Assembly (NCBI RefSeq): GCF_009914755.1
Contig: NC_060926.1
Length of the DNA: 64,000 nucleotides
Source of the DNA: the human T2T-CHM13v2.0 reference genome, Homo sapiens
Direction: 5' to 3' (one strand)
This document shows positions 22,571-39,523 of this stretch, piece after piece. The translations under genes and the position numbers were made by a program. The notes under the pieces were generated by a model. The model was not told where the DNA came from. It searched no databases and was given only the letters and a program-made list of their open reading frames with translations. Position 1 is the first letter of the stretch. Each line of letters begins with the position of its first letter.

Positions 22571-23465
22571 TTTTCTGTTTGCAGTCATTTCTGTGGTCCC
22601 TCATTAGCATGCAAAGCAGGGCCTCCCTCTATATCTGTTCTAGGAAGTGACTGTGGGAAGGGAAATGAAATGGTGTATGTGGAGTGAAGCAAAACTGCAA
22701 GGACCACGATTGAGTGGCTGTGAAGAATAAGGCTGGAGATGGTAATCACTGTGCCTAGCAGAGAGAAAGGTAAAAAAGCTCTGAATCTTTCAGATTGTGC
22801 TGATTTACCCATGATCTTTTAAAGACAGGTTAATCCTCACTGAGGATTTGCCTCTGATGACAAATGTCTTCTTTAGGAGATGTTAGTTCAGTGATGTTAT
22901 TTCAGCATTCAGGCCAACAAAGGCAGTCAGAAGAGGAATGCATGCCAGGTGTCCTAGAGGTCAGTAAAAAAGAAGAACTTGGTCTAGGGGAAGAATTATG
23001 AATGAGAGACTGCAGCAGAGCTAGAAGATGGTGCCCAGCAGAAGAGAATTGGAACAGATAGATCCCTGCTCTTTTAGAGCTTCAACGATGAAGCCTATTG
23101 TTCTGTGGTTTGAGGAATGCTCATCATTCACCATAGCTGGTTAACATAATTTATTAAGTTGAATCAAGTACAAAAGGAAAAAGTTCTTTCTAATAGGCCA
23201 GATTCCATGAGTGGAAATTCCTTGGAGTCAAACAGGGAGAAAATACGTCTCAGTGTTAAAGACTTTCCAGAGACTTCTTCCATTCCACTTTCCACCCCTC
23301 CTTAAATCACTCGCCAAAGAAATGCTTTGCTGGACACTAAAGTGGCCACAAATGTGTTCATAAGAAAACATCAGAATATAAAATTAATCATTGTCTCTTT
23401 TAGTTAACTTTTTTGGAGTGTGTGTGCAGGGTTAAAGGACAGATGCTATTAAGATGATAAACATC

Positions 23466-23775
<310 letters not shown>

Positions 23776-25249
23776 GATGATAAACATCACTGAAAAGTTT
23801 GGAAGTACTACCAGTTTCTATGACCAAGAGCTTTCCAAACAGCTGTAATTATTTGAAGGTCAATGAACTAAAAATGTCCATGTATCAGCTTTAGGCAAAA
23901 AGGTCATTAATGCTTTAGGGGACTGTAATAAGTCTGGAAGAGGCTAACTTGACTCTCACCTTCTGCAGTTCTCTATCAGATCACCCTGAGATCCTCTTCA
24001 ACTGCCAGGCTCCTGGAAGGTCAGAGTCAAGCCAGTGACTGACTCCCTGACCAGCCACACAGAGCCTAAAGTTACAACCTACCTGGATTGGCAAGGTCTT
24101 CTACAACTTATGTAGCCCCCCATCCTTGGATGAGGTTGCCACCCACCCAATTCCCACCCAAAAGATCAGTCTTCTATGCTAGCTATGAAAAAAGAGAGGC
24201 AATGACAGTATTTTATTCCATTAGTGTTTGAAAAAAGTCTGCAACTTCTATGCAGGTATCTCAAAGCATCTAGGATTCCAGGGATGGACAGAAAGTCCTT
24301 CAATCACAACAGAATTCCTGTTTTGCTCTTTAAAAAAGGAGAGAGGACAGGCTGACGGATGCTGTGGGTGCATAGACTCACATGTTGTCCATGAAGTGGG
24401 GACTGTCCTCTAATTCTAAAGGAATAGCTTTGGTGACCGTTTTGCCATTGGTGCCATCTCTCAGGAAACTGATAATAAACTACAATGTTTTAAACTTGTA
24501 CTATATCCAAGAGATATGTAGATATATAAAATATTTTGTTATTTAAATTCCACAAGCGTACAATGTAGGTATTATTTTCATTGCACAAATATGATAAATG
24601 AGACAATAATTTTCTCAAAGACACCCAGTTAAGCTGCCTGACTGCAAAGAGTTTCAGGCAATAAGATTTAGATTCCTTTAGTTCATCATCTTCTAAAGAT
24701 GATGCTTTAATCATTGTTTAGCTGGTTACTGATCATACTCTTCTTAAAGCCCTTCCCCATGGGATTTGAAAAATCTGCTTCTAAGCATATCTGAAAGTTT
24801 TTTTAATTTTCAATTTTTTTTAGAGATGGGGTCTCACTATGTTGCCCGGGCTGGAGTGCCACGGCCATTCACAGGAGTGATCATAGTGCACTATAGCGTC
24901 AAACTCCTCAACTCAAGAGATCCTCCCGCCTCAGCCTCCTGAGTACAGGCTACAGGCATGTGCCACCATGCCCAGCCATAGCTTGAGGTTTTCACCTACA
25001 ATAACTGAAGTTCCTACCTTGCCACTTCAGACCATCTACTAAGAAGTCATAGATATTACTTCAGGGAAAAAAATGCCTGGCTGCAAATAATTCCCTTTAA
25101 CGGACTTGAAGATAGTTCTGTTAGTGTCTTCCAAGCATAGTTTTCAACTCAGATCCAGTGCTCATGCAATACTCCTTATCTACTGTGTCTTTGTTTCCAA
25201 TAGCAATAACACATGAACTTAATAAATATGCTGTCTTTTTAAGAATTTA

Positions 25250-25600
<351 letters not shown>

Positions 25601-25968
25601 TTAAGAGATTCATTATGAAAGAGTTTAAATATGAAAGAAATTCATCAAAGGGTTTGTATATTTCAAGAAGAAAGTATGACATCATCTAAATACATATTGC
25701 TGGGTTAAATATTCTTTCCACCATAAGAGAAAAATCTATTCTCTTTTGTCCTAGTGTAAAACTCAGGACTTCTGCAGCTGCCCTTGTCTCTGAAATCTTC
25801 AACTTGCAGAGTTCTAAACACACACCCTACCTCACACCCCACGCAGTTACTCTGCGTCCACACAGCTGAGCTCTGTGTGTTTTAACAGTCATAGGATTTA
25901 ATTACCACATCTTGTTCTGAAAGCTGAGATTTATAATTTCAATAAAGATTTCAACAGAAAGATGGTAA

Positions 25969-26287
<319 letters not shown>

Positions 26288-27469
26288 CTTCATAACAATG
26301 TATTATCTCTGAAATTCCCTTTCACAACAGTGACCTTGATTTGAAATTTTAAAAAAATCAGGCAAATCTATTAAGATATAATAAATAGAGAGTGGCTAAG
26401 AAACTCTGAAAACAGATATCAAGGACCTCAACTTCTAATGTTTATTTTTAATCATTTTAACAAATAAGCAAACTTTACAAGATTAGTGAGGTTCTGGTGT
26501 AAGAGATGTTTTCATAGTCCCTGAATGAGCCTCACCAGGCTTCCCACTAAAATGTGGCAGGGATGAGAGTGCACCTCACCACTGCAGAGCCCAGAATGGA
26601 GGCTCCCCTAGTTTCAGAACTTGGGAACAGTTTCCACCACTTGGCCTATCAAACACTCAGACTCAATGAAGAAACCCAATTGGTGGCTCAGACCTAGAAA
26701 TGGAGTAAATCTGTTGGCCTGAATAAAAGGTCAAAAACATTTTGTACATGTCTGCAGAAAACTGGACTTTTCATCTATTGCAGGCATTGTTTTTACAGGC
26801 AAACAGAATGAGGTCTTCTATCTCTTTCTGTTTCCCCAGACACCTCCCCAAATCCTAAGTCCTCTCTCATACATTATATGTTCTATTTTTCACCCCTCTG
26901 TAACAGTCTAAAAAAGGATAACTGTGGAAGTAAGATAATGCCTATTAGGGAACATCTGGAAAATCAGAAAACTACAAAAAAGAAATAATCACCAGAGACA
27001 CCTGATGTTCCTATTTCAGCCACTTCACTGCTCGGGCTGTTCAGCAGCCCTTGCGCTGCCTGCCAGTTCTGGTCTCCTTGCTTGCCCATCCTCCTAGACG
27101 ACCGTTCCGTATTCTTCTCTTATTCAAACCTCAACATTTCCTCTCTGCTTCTCACTCTCACCTGAAGGCTTCAATTTTGATACAGGAGAAATCAGAATGG
27201 ATCATTCTACAAAATGCAGCAGGCACAGACATCTGTCTCCATGCACTCGGCTTTCCCTGGCTTCTAGGGCCAACCCCCCACTTTGTACTGGATCCTGTTC
27301 CCCACTCCTCCTAAAGGACTTTGCTCCTGGAATTATTTCCATTCCTGCCTCATTAGTTTTTTCTTCTTTTTTAATGAGTCATTGCCAAGAAAAATGATGT
27401 ACCGTAACATCTTGAATTGCAACTTCTAAAAACTTCCCATTTTCCTGATTCCTCAGTATCTCTACAAAC

Positions 27470-27870
27470 AAGCTGTGGGCACCTTTCCCAGATGACCAGG
27501 TACACCAATGTGACAAGGCTGGTCCCTGTCACAAGTCCCCCTTCTTACTCTCCCCTGACCATGGCCTAGTGACATTTAAGCACACCCATGATATCCCCTC
27601 CTGCCTTTGCTGGTGAACCCCACCCTGATGCCCAATAAGGGTAACTGTCCACAGGAACCTGTTTGCCCTTGGCTCCCCACCTGCTTGGCTGAGCCCGCTT
27701 TGTTGGTGCTCTGCCCAGGTGATCCCCACAAGGTATGTCGTGCCTCCCTCTTTGGAACCTGTGAGTACAGTAAATCCTTTATTCATATGCCTTCCCAAAG
27801 TCATCTCCACAGCCTATTGGAATGTTCCTTAAGGACTCCACAAGGGGTACTTAATCCCTCATTTATAACA
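27470..27870. mobile_element. Old LTR remnant
   Basis: AGTAAA poly(A)-like motif and TATAACA end; family uncertain. Confidence 0.45.
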
Positions 27871-27981
27871 CATACCTCCATCTTAAAAAAGCCCTCTCTT
27901 GAACCTGTATCTTTCTCAGCTACTACCCAATTTTAAGCTTCCCATTTCCAAGAAAAGTGACTGCAAGAGTTGTTCACATTC

Positions 27982-29500
27982 GCTCGGCGCCGCCCGCCCG
28001 GCCTCCCGAGAGGCTTTGGGGACTAGACCTTGGACGCGGATCCTTCCAGCGCTGCGCCCCGGGTCTGCATCCTCCTCCTCCGGGAAGCCCCGCCCCCAGG
28101 CCTAGCCCTCCTCCTCCTCTGGGAACCTCCCCCCTCAGGCCTAGCCCTCCTCCTCCTCCGGGAAGCCCCCCTAAGCCTCGCCTTCCTCCTCCGGGAAGCC
28201 CCCCAGGCCTTGCCCTCGTCCTCTGAGAAGCCCCACCTAGGCCTCGCCTTCCTCCTCCTCCAGGAAGCCCCCCCAGGCCTCGCCCTCCTCCTCCTCCGAG
28301 AAGCCCCCCAGGCCTCGCCCTCCTCCTCTCCCGGGAAGCCCCCTAAGCCTCGCCCTCCTCCTCCTCCGAGAAACCCCTAGGCCTCGCCCTCCTCCTCCCC
28401 CAGAAGCCATCCCCGCTCCCCCGACCCCCTAACTTGCTCTCCTCTGGGAAGCCACGGGGCCCCGGTGCACCAAGAGGCCGAATGGGACCCTGAGGGCACT
28501 CTGGCCGCGTCCGGCTCACGCGCCCCCTTCAGCGCCAGGTCTGGGGGATCCGCGCCTGCGCCCCGGGGCGACCCTGTCGCGGGGTCTGGCTGTCCAGGCC
28601 CGGGGGCCCGGGTGTCAGGCTGGTAGCAGGAAGGAAGGCGCTGGCCTCCCCACCGCATTCGCCCCATGCGGCGTCCCCGGGAAAGGCCGCAGAAGAGGCG
28701 CCGTCGGCACCCAAAGGGCCATGGACGGGGAGCGCCCTGCGTGGTGTTCGTGGCGCTGGCCTGGTCTCTGCGGATCAGAGGCGAAGCCAGCCTGGCTCTC
28801 GGGTCGCCCGTCTTCTGTCGAGCTGGCAACATCAGTGCGGTTCCCACCGCCATTTGCGCTTTCTCCTGGACCCTCTGCTTTTTATTGTTGATTTGTGGGA
28901 GCTCTTTGCATAGGGGCCCCGCCGTCGCAGCCTGGCGTTCTCGCAGGCGCATGCCCTCGGAACGCCGGGTGGGCTGCGGGCGCGACGGGACTCCTGGTCT
29001 CTCTTCCCCAGGACGGACACCGGCGTCGCCGCGTCCTACGAAGCCGGGCGCCGAGCGGGAGGCGCATCTGGGCCCCACCGGGGCTGCCCGCACCGAGCAC
29101 GCGAACGCGCCCTCCCGCCCGGAGGCCGCGGGCGCTGCGGTCGGAGAACCGTAGAGCCACTCGGCTGGGCGTGGCGCGGCGGGGCGGGTAACGGGGCGGG
29201 ACCTGGGCGACGGAAGTGCGTAGCCGCGCGGCATTCTGGGGCCGGAAGTGGGGCGCCAGCTGCGGGCTGGTGTCATGGCAGGTGGGCGGCGCCGCAGGAG
29301 GCGCCTGGCGGAGCTGACGGTGGACGAGTTCCTAGCTTCGGGCTTTGACTCTAAGTCCGAATACTCTCCAGAAGCGGAGACGCGGGAGGCACGCGAGGCT
29401 GCCCGGAGTCCGGATGAGCCGGGCGGGAGCCCCTCGGCCAGCCGGCGTAAAGGCCGTGCCTCTGAGCACAAAGATCAGCTCTCTCGGCTGAAGGACAGAG
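27982..29500. promoter_or_regulatory. CpG island with ETS (CGGAAGTG x2) and GC-box motifs upstream of the NOC2L ATG
   Basis: CGGAAGTG at about 29211 and 29243, GGGGCGG boxes at about 29181 and 29193, and high CpG density throughout. Confidence 0.75.
28068..28410 (+). repeat. C-rich minisatellite, about 10 imperfect units of 32-38 bp (CCTCGCCCTCCTCCTCCGGGAAGCCCCCCAGG-like)
   Basis: Repeated units read directly from the sequence. Confidence 0.9.
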
Positions 29501-29837
29501 ACGCCGAGTTCTACAAGTTCCTGCAGGAGAATGACCAGAGCCAGCTAAACTTCAGCGACTCGGACAGCTCTGAGGAGGAAGAGGAGCCGTTCCACTCCCT
29601 GCCATATGTGCTGGAGGAAGCCAGTGAGGATGAGGATGGAGCAGAGGAGGGGGAAGATGGGGACAGAGTCCCCAGAGGGCTGAAGGGGAAGAAGAATTGT
29701 GTTCCTGTGACCCTCGCCATGGTTGAGAGATGGAAGCAGGCAGCAAAGCAACGCCTCACTCCAAAGCTGTTCCATGAAGTGGTACAGGCGTTCCGAGCAG
29801 CTGTGGCCACCACCCAAGGGGACCAGGAAAGTGCTGA

Positions 29838-31136
<1,299 letters not shown>

Positions 31137-32019
31137 TGACCGGGAGATCCAGCTGGAGATCAGTGGCAAAGAGCGGCTGGAAGACCTGAACTTCCCTGAG
31201 ATCAAACGAAGGAAGGTGGCTGACAGGAAGGATGAGGACAGGAAGCAATTTAAAGACCTCTTTGACCTGAACAGCTGTGAAGAGGACGACACCGAGGGAT
31301 TCTTGGAAAGAGGGATACTGGGGCCCCTGAGCACTCGGCATGGGGTGGAAGAGGATAAAGAGGACAAGGAGGAGGGCGAGGAGGACAGCAGCAACTTGGA
31401 GGATGGAGACCCAGACGCAGAGGCGGGGCTGGCCCCTGGGGAGCTGCAGCGGCTGGCCCAGGGGCCGGAGGATGAGCTGGAGGATCTGCAGCTCTCAGAG
31501 GAGGACTGAGGCAGCCCATCTGGGGGGCCTGTAGGGGCTGCCGGGCTGGTGGCCAGTGTTTCCACCTCTCAGGCCTAGAGGCTGGCGTCTGTGCAGTTGG
31601 GGGAGGCAGTAGACAGGGGACAGGCTTTAATATTTATTTTTCAGCATGAACGACCAAACTTACCGAGAGCTAGGCTGGGCTGGCGTGGCTGCTGAAGCCC
31701 CACAGTTGTGGGCTGTTGAAGTCAGCTCCGCGGGGGAGCTGACCTTGACGTCAGCTGACGGAGACCAGTCCCAGTTCCAGGGGGAGGCCTGCAGGTCCCT
31801 GGCCCCTTCCACCACCTCTGCCCTCCGTCTGCAGACCTTGTCCGTCCGCACCAGGCTCTGCATTCACTCCCCCAAGTCTTTGGAAATTTGTTCCTTTCCT
31901 TTCAAGTCACATTTTCCTTTAAACTTTTTTGTTTTGCGTCTAAAACTGAAAGAAAGAAAGCTGTGGGAGGCAGGGCCATTGTAAAAAAAAAAAAAAAAAA
32001 AAGAGTTGTTCACATTCAA

Positions 32020-33330
32020 CATTTTTTCTTTTCTTCTCTCTTCAACCCACTCCAGCATGGGCAACAAGCACACCCAAGTTGCTAAATCCAATGGTTGATG
32101 TTCAGTCCTGAGGTAATTTGACCTTGCAGCATCTTTTTGAGTCTGTGGGTCATGCTGTCCATGTCACACAATTTACTCCCTTGGCTTTTATGACCTCCTC
32201 ACACTTGCTTGGTTTTCGGTCTACTTCATTGGCTCTTTCTTTGGCTGGATCTTTATGTTCCCAACTAGAACCCGTTGCATAATTTGCAGGGTGCAGTGCA
32301 GAATGAAAATGCAGGGCTCTTATTCAAAAATTATTAAAAGTTTCAAGATAGTGAGAGCAGAGCACTCAACAAAGCATGGGGCCCTTCTGAGCAAGAGGTC
32401 TTGCGTGATTGCAAAGATCTTGTGCCCATGAAGCCCTGTTCCCATCCTCAGAATGCAGCAAAGCACCTGCTCAGTGCTCATCTATAAATGATCTTGTCCA
32501 ACCCAATTGGCTTTAGATGCCACATTCAGCAACAAGCTTCACATCTTACCTTCAACACCAATCTCTCCATTTTACTTCAGATTCAAATATTCAACTATCT
32601 ATTCTCCATGTGCACTGAATATATGAAATGCACTCAAACTTAATATGTCCAAAATGGAACTTTCATTTCCCACCCAAATTCTTCCCATAGTTTTCCCCAT
32701 GTCAATAAATACCAACTCCATTTTTCCAGTTATTCAGGCCAAAATCATTATAGCCATCCTGAACTTCGCACTTTTCTCTCACATTCTACATTCAATCCAC
32801 CAAATCCTGCAAGCTCTACCTTCAAAATATTTCCTAAATCCGACCAGTCACGACCTTCACCACTTGCAACCCCGGTACAACTTTCTGTCCTGAGTCACCT
32901 AGTCTTCTAGTGTCATAGGCCTCTTGGCTTTCACTTCTGCCCTTCACAGTCTATTTGCCACACAGCCATCAGTTATCTTTTTAAAATGTAAGTCATAGTT
33001 TGTCACTTTCAAATCGCAAAGTTGAAACCTTTGAATGCCTTCCAACCTCACTCATAATTTTTTGTTAAGTCTTCAAAATATGGCCTAAAAAACTCTATGT
33101 AGCCAGCTTCTGGCTACCTCTCCACCCTCAGCTCCTATCACTACCCCCTCAGTCACTTCATCAGCCACATTGGCTTTCTTGCTGCTCCTCACTTTCCTTT
33201 GCACTGTGGTTTTCTCTGTCTGGAACACTCTTCACTCAGATATTTAAATGACTCGCTTTCTCAATTCAATCAGACTTCAATTTACAGGGCACCTCCTCAG
33301 AAAGCCTTCTGTACTGAACATAAATCTCAG
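32020..33330. mobile_element. L2 remnant with nested MER53 (about 32270-32437)
   Basis: L2-like pyrimidine-rich sequence (CTCAAACTTAATATGTCCAAAA) and the MER53 motif ATAATTTGCAGGGTGCAGTGCAGAATGAAAATG. Confidence 0.7.
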
Positions 33331-34718
33331 CTTCCCTTGACTGTTTCCTTTGTTTAAAAGGTGGCACCCCTCTCCTGAACGAGGACCATGCCACACCACT
33401 GCCATCTTTGTTGAGTCCCCAGAACTGTCAGTAATCTGCAAAAGTCCCATTAGTTCCAAGTCTCCACTCACTTCTGATGAAATGTCCCATAACAGAGAAT
33501 GCGATCTGCCTTCCTGGTCCACCGTCTAAAAGCCCAACAATGTTTTCCTAAAGAACAGGGCATTCGCTCTTCATGAGCAATAGAAAACAGGAGCCACAAA
33601 GAGCCAAGCAGCAAAGGGCAGAGAATAGATCTAGATAGATGATGAAGAATAACCAGTATACACTCTCTGTCCTCTTAATCTGTTTTGTTGCAGACTGATG
33701 TTTTACTCTATGTCTATGCATATGCACATATGCATGTACGTATACATGCGTGCAACTTGATGGCAAAGATCCCATCTTGTATGTTCCTTGTCATATCACC
33801 AGCTCCTACGGCAGTAACTGTCACATAGTAAATATTCAGCAAATATTCTTTTGAGAGAACGAATGAAGATGCAATACTATTAAATACATTCACAATTTCT
33901 CACCTTGTTCTTTTCACTCAACACAATCACTTTGGGTTGTTTTTTGGTGTGTGTGACAAGTATTCTTCTAAAAGAAATTATGATTTCTTTAAGGAATCTA
34001 GTCTAAATACACATGAAAGGAAAGGGACTACTGAACTAAATTATTTCAGCAAGACATTTAGAGAGTATTAGTGATTTTATAATAAATAATGCTATCATGT
34101 GATTTAAGTGTTCAAAGAAAAAAGTGGATGCTTTTCCTATTTGTAGTTCAAAAAAAAGATTTCATCAATCACAACGTGAGTCAAACCCAAGGATGATTAT
34201 CGATGACTAGAACTATTAGAAAAAGCATTCGACAGGTAGGCAGTAAAGAAGGGTGGGAAGTTCAGAGTAATCACATAAACAAAGAAAGGAACTATCTAGA
34301 AGGCAGACCCATCAGGGGAGGGAAATTTCAAGGGAAGAAGACTGGACCCTGTTACCTGGGAAATAAGTAAGGCCACAGCACGGGGAGAAAAAAAGACTTG
34401 ATACTTTTCAGAGAACAAAAAATCTGTCTTTGTTAATGCAAATGCATGTAATGCACAGTAGTTTGAGAGGTGCTAATGGGTTTTTTTATTGCTTTTCTTT
34501 GTCAATTACAAATTGCTCATTCCTGAAGATGAAACTAAAATGAGCCATTGAGTAAATTACTTCCAAAACAAGCTGGTGGAAAACGTGTAAACCTGTAAGT
34601 GAGTAATATTAAATCCTTACATGTTTTATAGGCATTTAGACTCCAGGCACACGCAATGTTTTATACCGATAATGACTATACATTTTTTAACTTATTACAT
34701 AAAATTATATATGTTATA

Positions 34719-35306
<588 letters not shown>

Positions 35307-36303
35307 TTATTGAAAGTTTAGAACATAGCAATAAACAAAAGAAGAAAATATAAATCAAAACAAAAACAGCCACTGTAAATGTTTTAGTTTATAATATTTC
35401 AGATTTTTTCTACTAAGTAAATATATGATTATGAAAAGTTGTACTCATTACTGCTTAATATCCTGTTTTGTTGTTCATGAAATAATTTTTCATGAATATT
35501 TAACAGTGTAATTATATTATTGTCTCTTTTAAGCCAATACTATAACATAAATAACACATTATTAAAAATTAATCCATCACTGCAGTTTAAAAGTTAAAGA
35601 AAAAAAAACAAAATTCAACTTGGTCATAGCATATTAGTATTTTAATTTGAGACTGGATGAGTTTGCTAATATTTTACTCATAATGTAATTGTAGGTTTCT
35701 TATTGTGGGATATTTGTCAGGTTTTTATTTCAAGGCTAAGCTAATTTATAAAATAAACTAGGATATTATACATTATACATAAATTAGGATATTATACATT
35801 ATACATAAATTAGGATTGTTTTCTATGCTTTAAAACAATGTTTTTCAAATTATCTGTGTGAAATCCTTTTTTGCAGTTTCCCATCCATTATGTACTGCTA
35901 TTATGGTTAAAACAAAACAAAAAGAAATTAGTAGAAAATTAAAATAGTAAGCCACAAACAATCAAAATAAAAGTTTAATTTCTTTATGATTACATTCAAT
36001 AGACACTAAATTTCTCTACCAAATTGCTGTAAAAGTCTCTAAATGCTGACTGTCATTGCCATATTTATCATGAACTTGTAACAAATAGTTCATGACCACC
36101 AGAAGCCCATGGACCACATTTTGAATAGTGCTGCTTGAAAGAAGACGCTTAATATGTTTAATGATACACATTTATCAGCAAAAAAATGCTGTTGAAATAT
36201 TACCACAATATGTGAATTTTCATTTATTTACAAATCATATCTCTAATTAAAATTATTTTAATAATATTCTGGATGCTTAGATTTTAAGTGCTCAGCATCC
36301 TAA

Positions 36304-36620
<317 letters not shown>

Positions 36621-36997
36621 GACCTCATCCTTTTATCAGTTAATTCGCAGGTACAATATCCAATTAAGATAAGATTTGCTATTGCTGATACTGTGTATGG
36701 ATCTCTATTTTCCAGTAACATTTCTGATCACTTAAAATTACTGAGCCAATGCTTTTCATATCTGATTAGATCATCCTTGTGTTTGACTCATAATGTGATT
36801 GATGAAATCTTTTCCTTGAACTACAGATAGCAAAAGCATCATCTAGTAGTGCTCTGTCTTCAATCTGTGGCTTCTCTTCAGGAATATAATCATGCCACTT
36901 GTTCATTTTGTGAGGATTCCTTTCGTGACAACTATATGGTATAACCCACATAATTGGAAATTGCCATGCAGTGTTTAAAGAGCAAACACACTGGTGA

Positions 36998-37989
<992 letters not shown>

Positions 37990-38336
37990 AAGAATATCTG
38001 TTGGACCATGCGTGTGAATTGGCCATTTGACATAAGAACTCAGAGAGGGGGCCAGCTCAAGTAGTTAAATGCTATTAAAGTGAAACTGAAATTTATTATT
38101 TTATTAGGAAAAATAACTAAAGTTCTATTTCTTTAATCCATCCTAATGAATTTTTTGTGCAAACTTCATATTTAAAAAGACTATGGCTTTAGAACAGGTT
38201 TCTCTAAGGACAGTATGGTTCTCTAAGCATCTGTTTGTTTAAAATTCAGATTCCCAGATCCCATCCCATAACTACTATATCAAAGTCCCAAAGAGAAGAT
38301 GGGGAGAGAGGAGAAAGGAATTCATATGTTTAATAA

Positions 38337-38662
<326 letters not shown>

Positions 38663-39163
38663 AATATTTTGAAAACCAATGCTTCAGAGCAATTTAAAAA
38701 ATAATCATAGGCATTACATATAAACCTCAAAGGTTACATGCACAAAACTGGGCATCTCTATTATGAAATAGTTGAGGACTCTGACATCCTTTTCAGCTTT
38801 TTTTCTATCATTCGAATTAGCCTTTTCTTTTTTCTGTTTCTTCTTGAGTCCATTTTAGTAATTTTTATCCTCCTAGGATATCATAATTTTAGTTAGCTTT
38901 TAAAAGAATTATTGTAATAAATTATATTTAGAAAATAATTTAGTATGCTTTTCTTTTCCATACCTGTCTGATCATGCATGTCCCTATATAGGGATACAAA
39001 CTGCTAGTGATATCTTTAGTTTAAGGGAAATGAGAGAACAGAAGTTTAAAATTTATCTAGCTCAAACACAAAGAGAATGCAAACTGTTAAAAGATATTTT
39101 TAAGGGGAATGTGAGAACAGAGGTTTAAAATGTATTTAGTCAAACACAAAGAAAAAGAGAGTC

Positions 39164-39523
<360 letters not shown>

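Noticed and set aside
28068-28410. Repeat array as CRISPR-like
   Set aside because: Eukaryotic context, no unique spacers and no cas genes; it is a plain minisatellite.
28377-29471. 364-aa minus-strand ORF across the CpG island
   Set aside because: Non-ATG (TTG) start and low-complexity R/P/A/G composition, as expected in very GC-rich DNA.
34127-34197. 71-nt duplicated unit as a C/D snoRNA
   Set aside because: No proper RTGATGA C box with a terminal CTGA D box.
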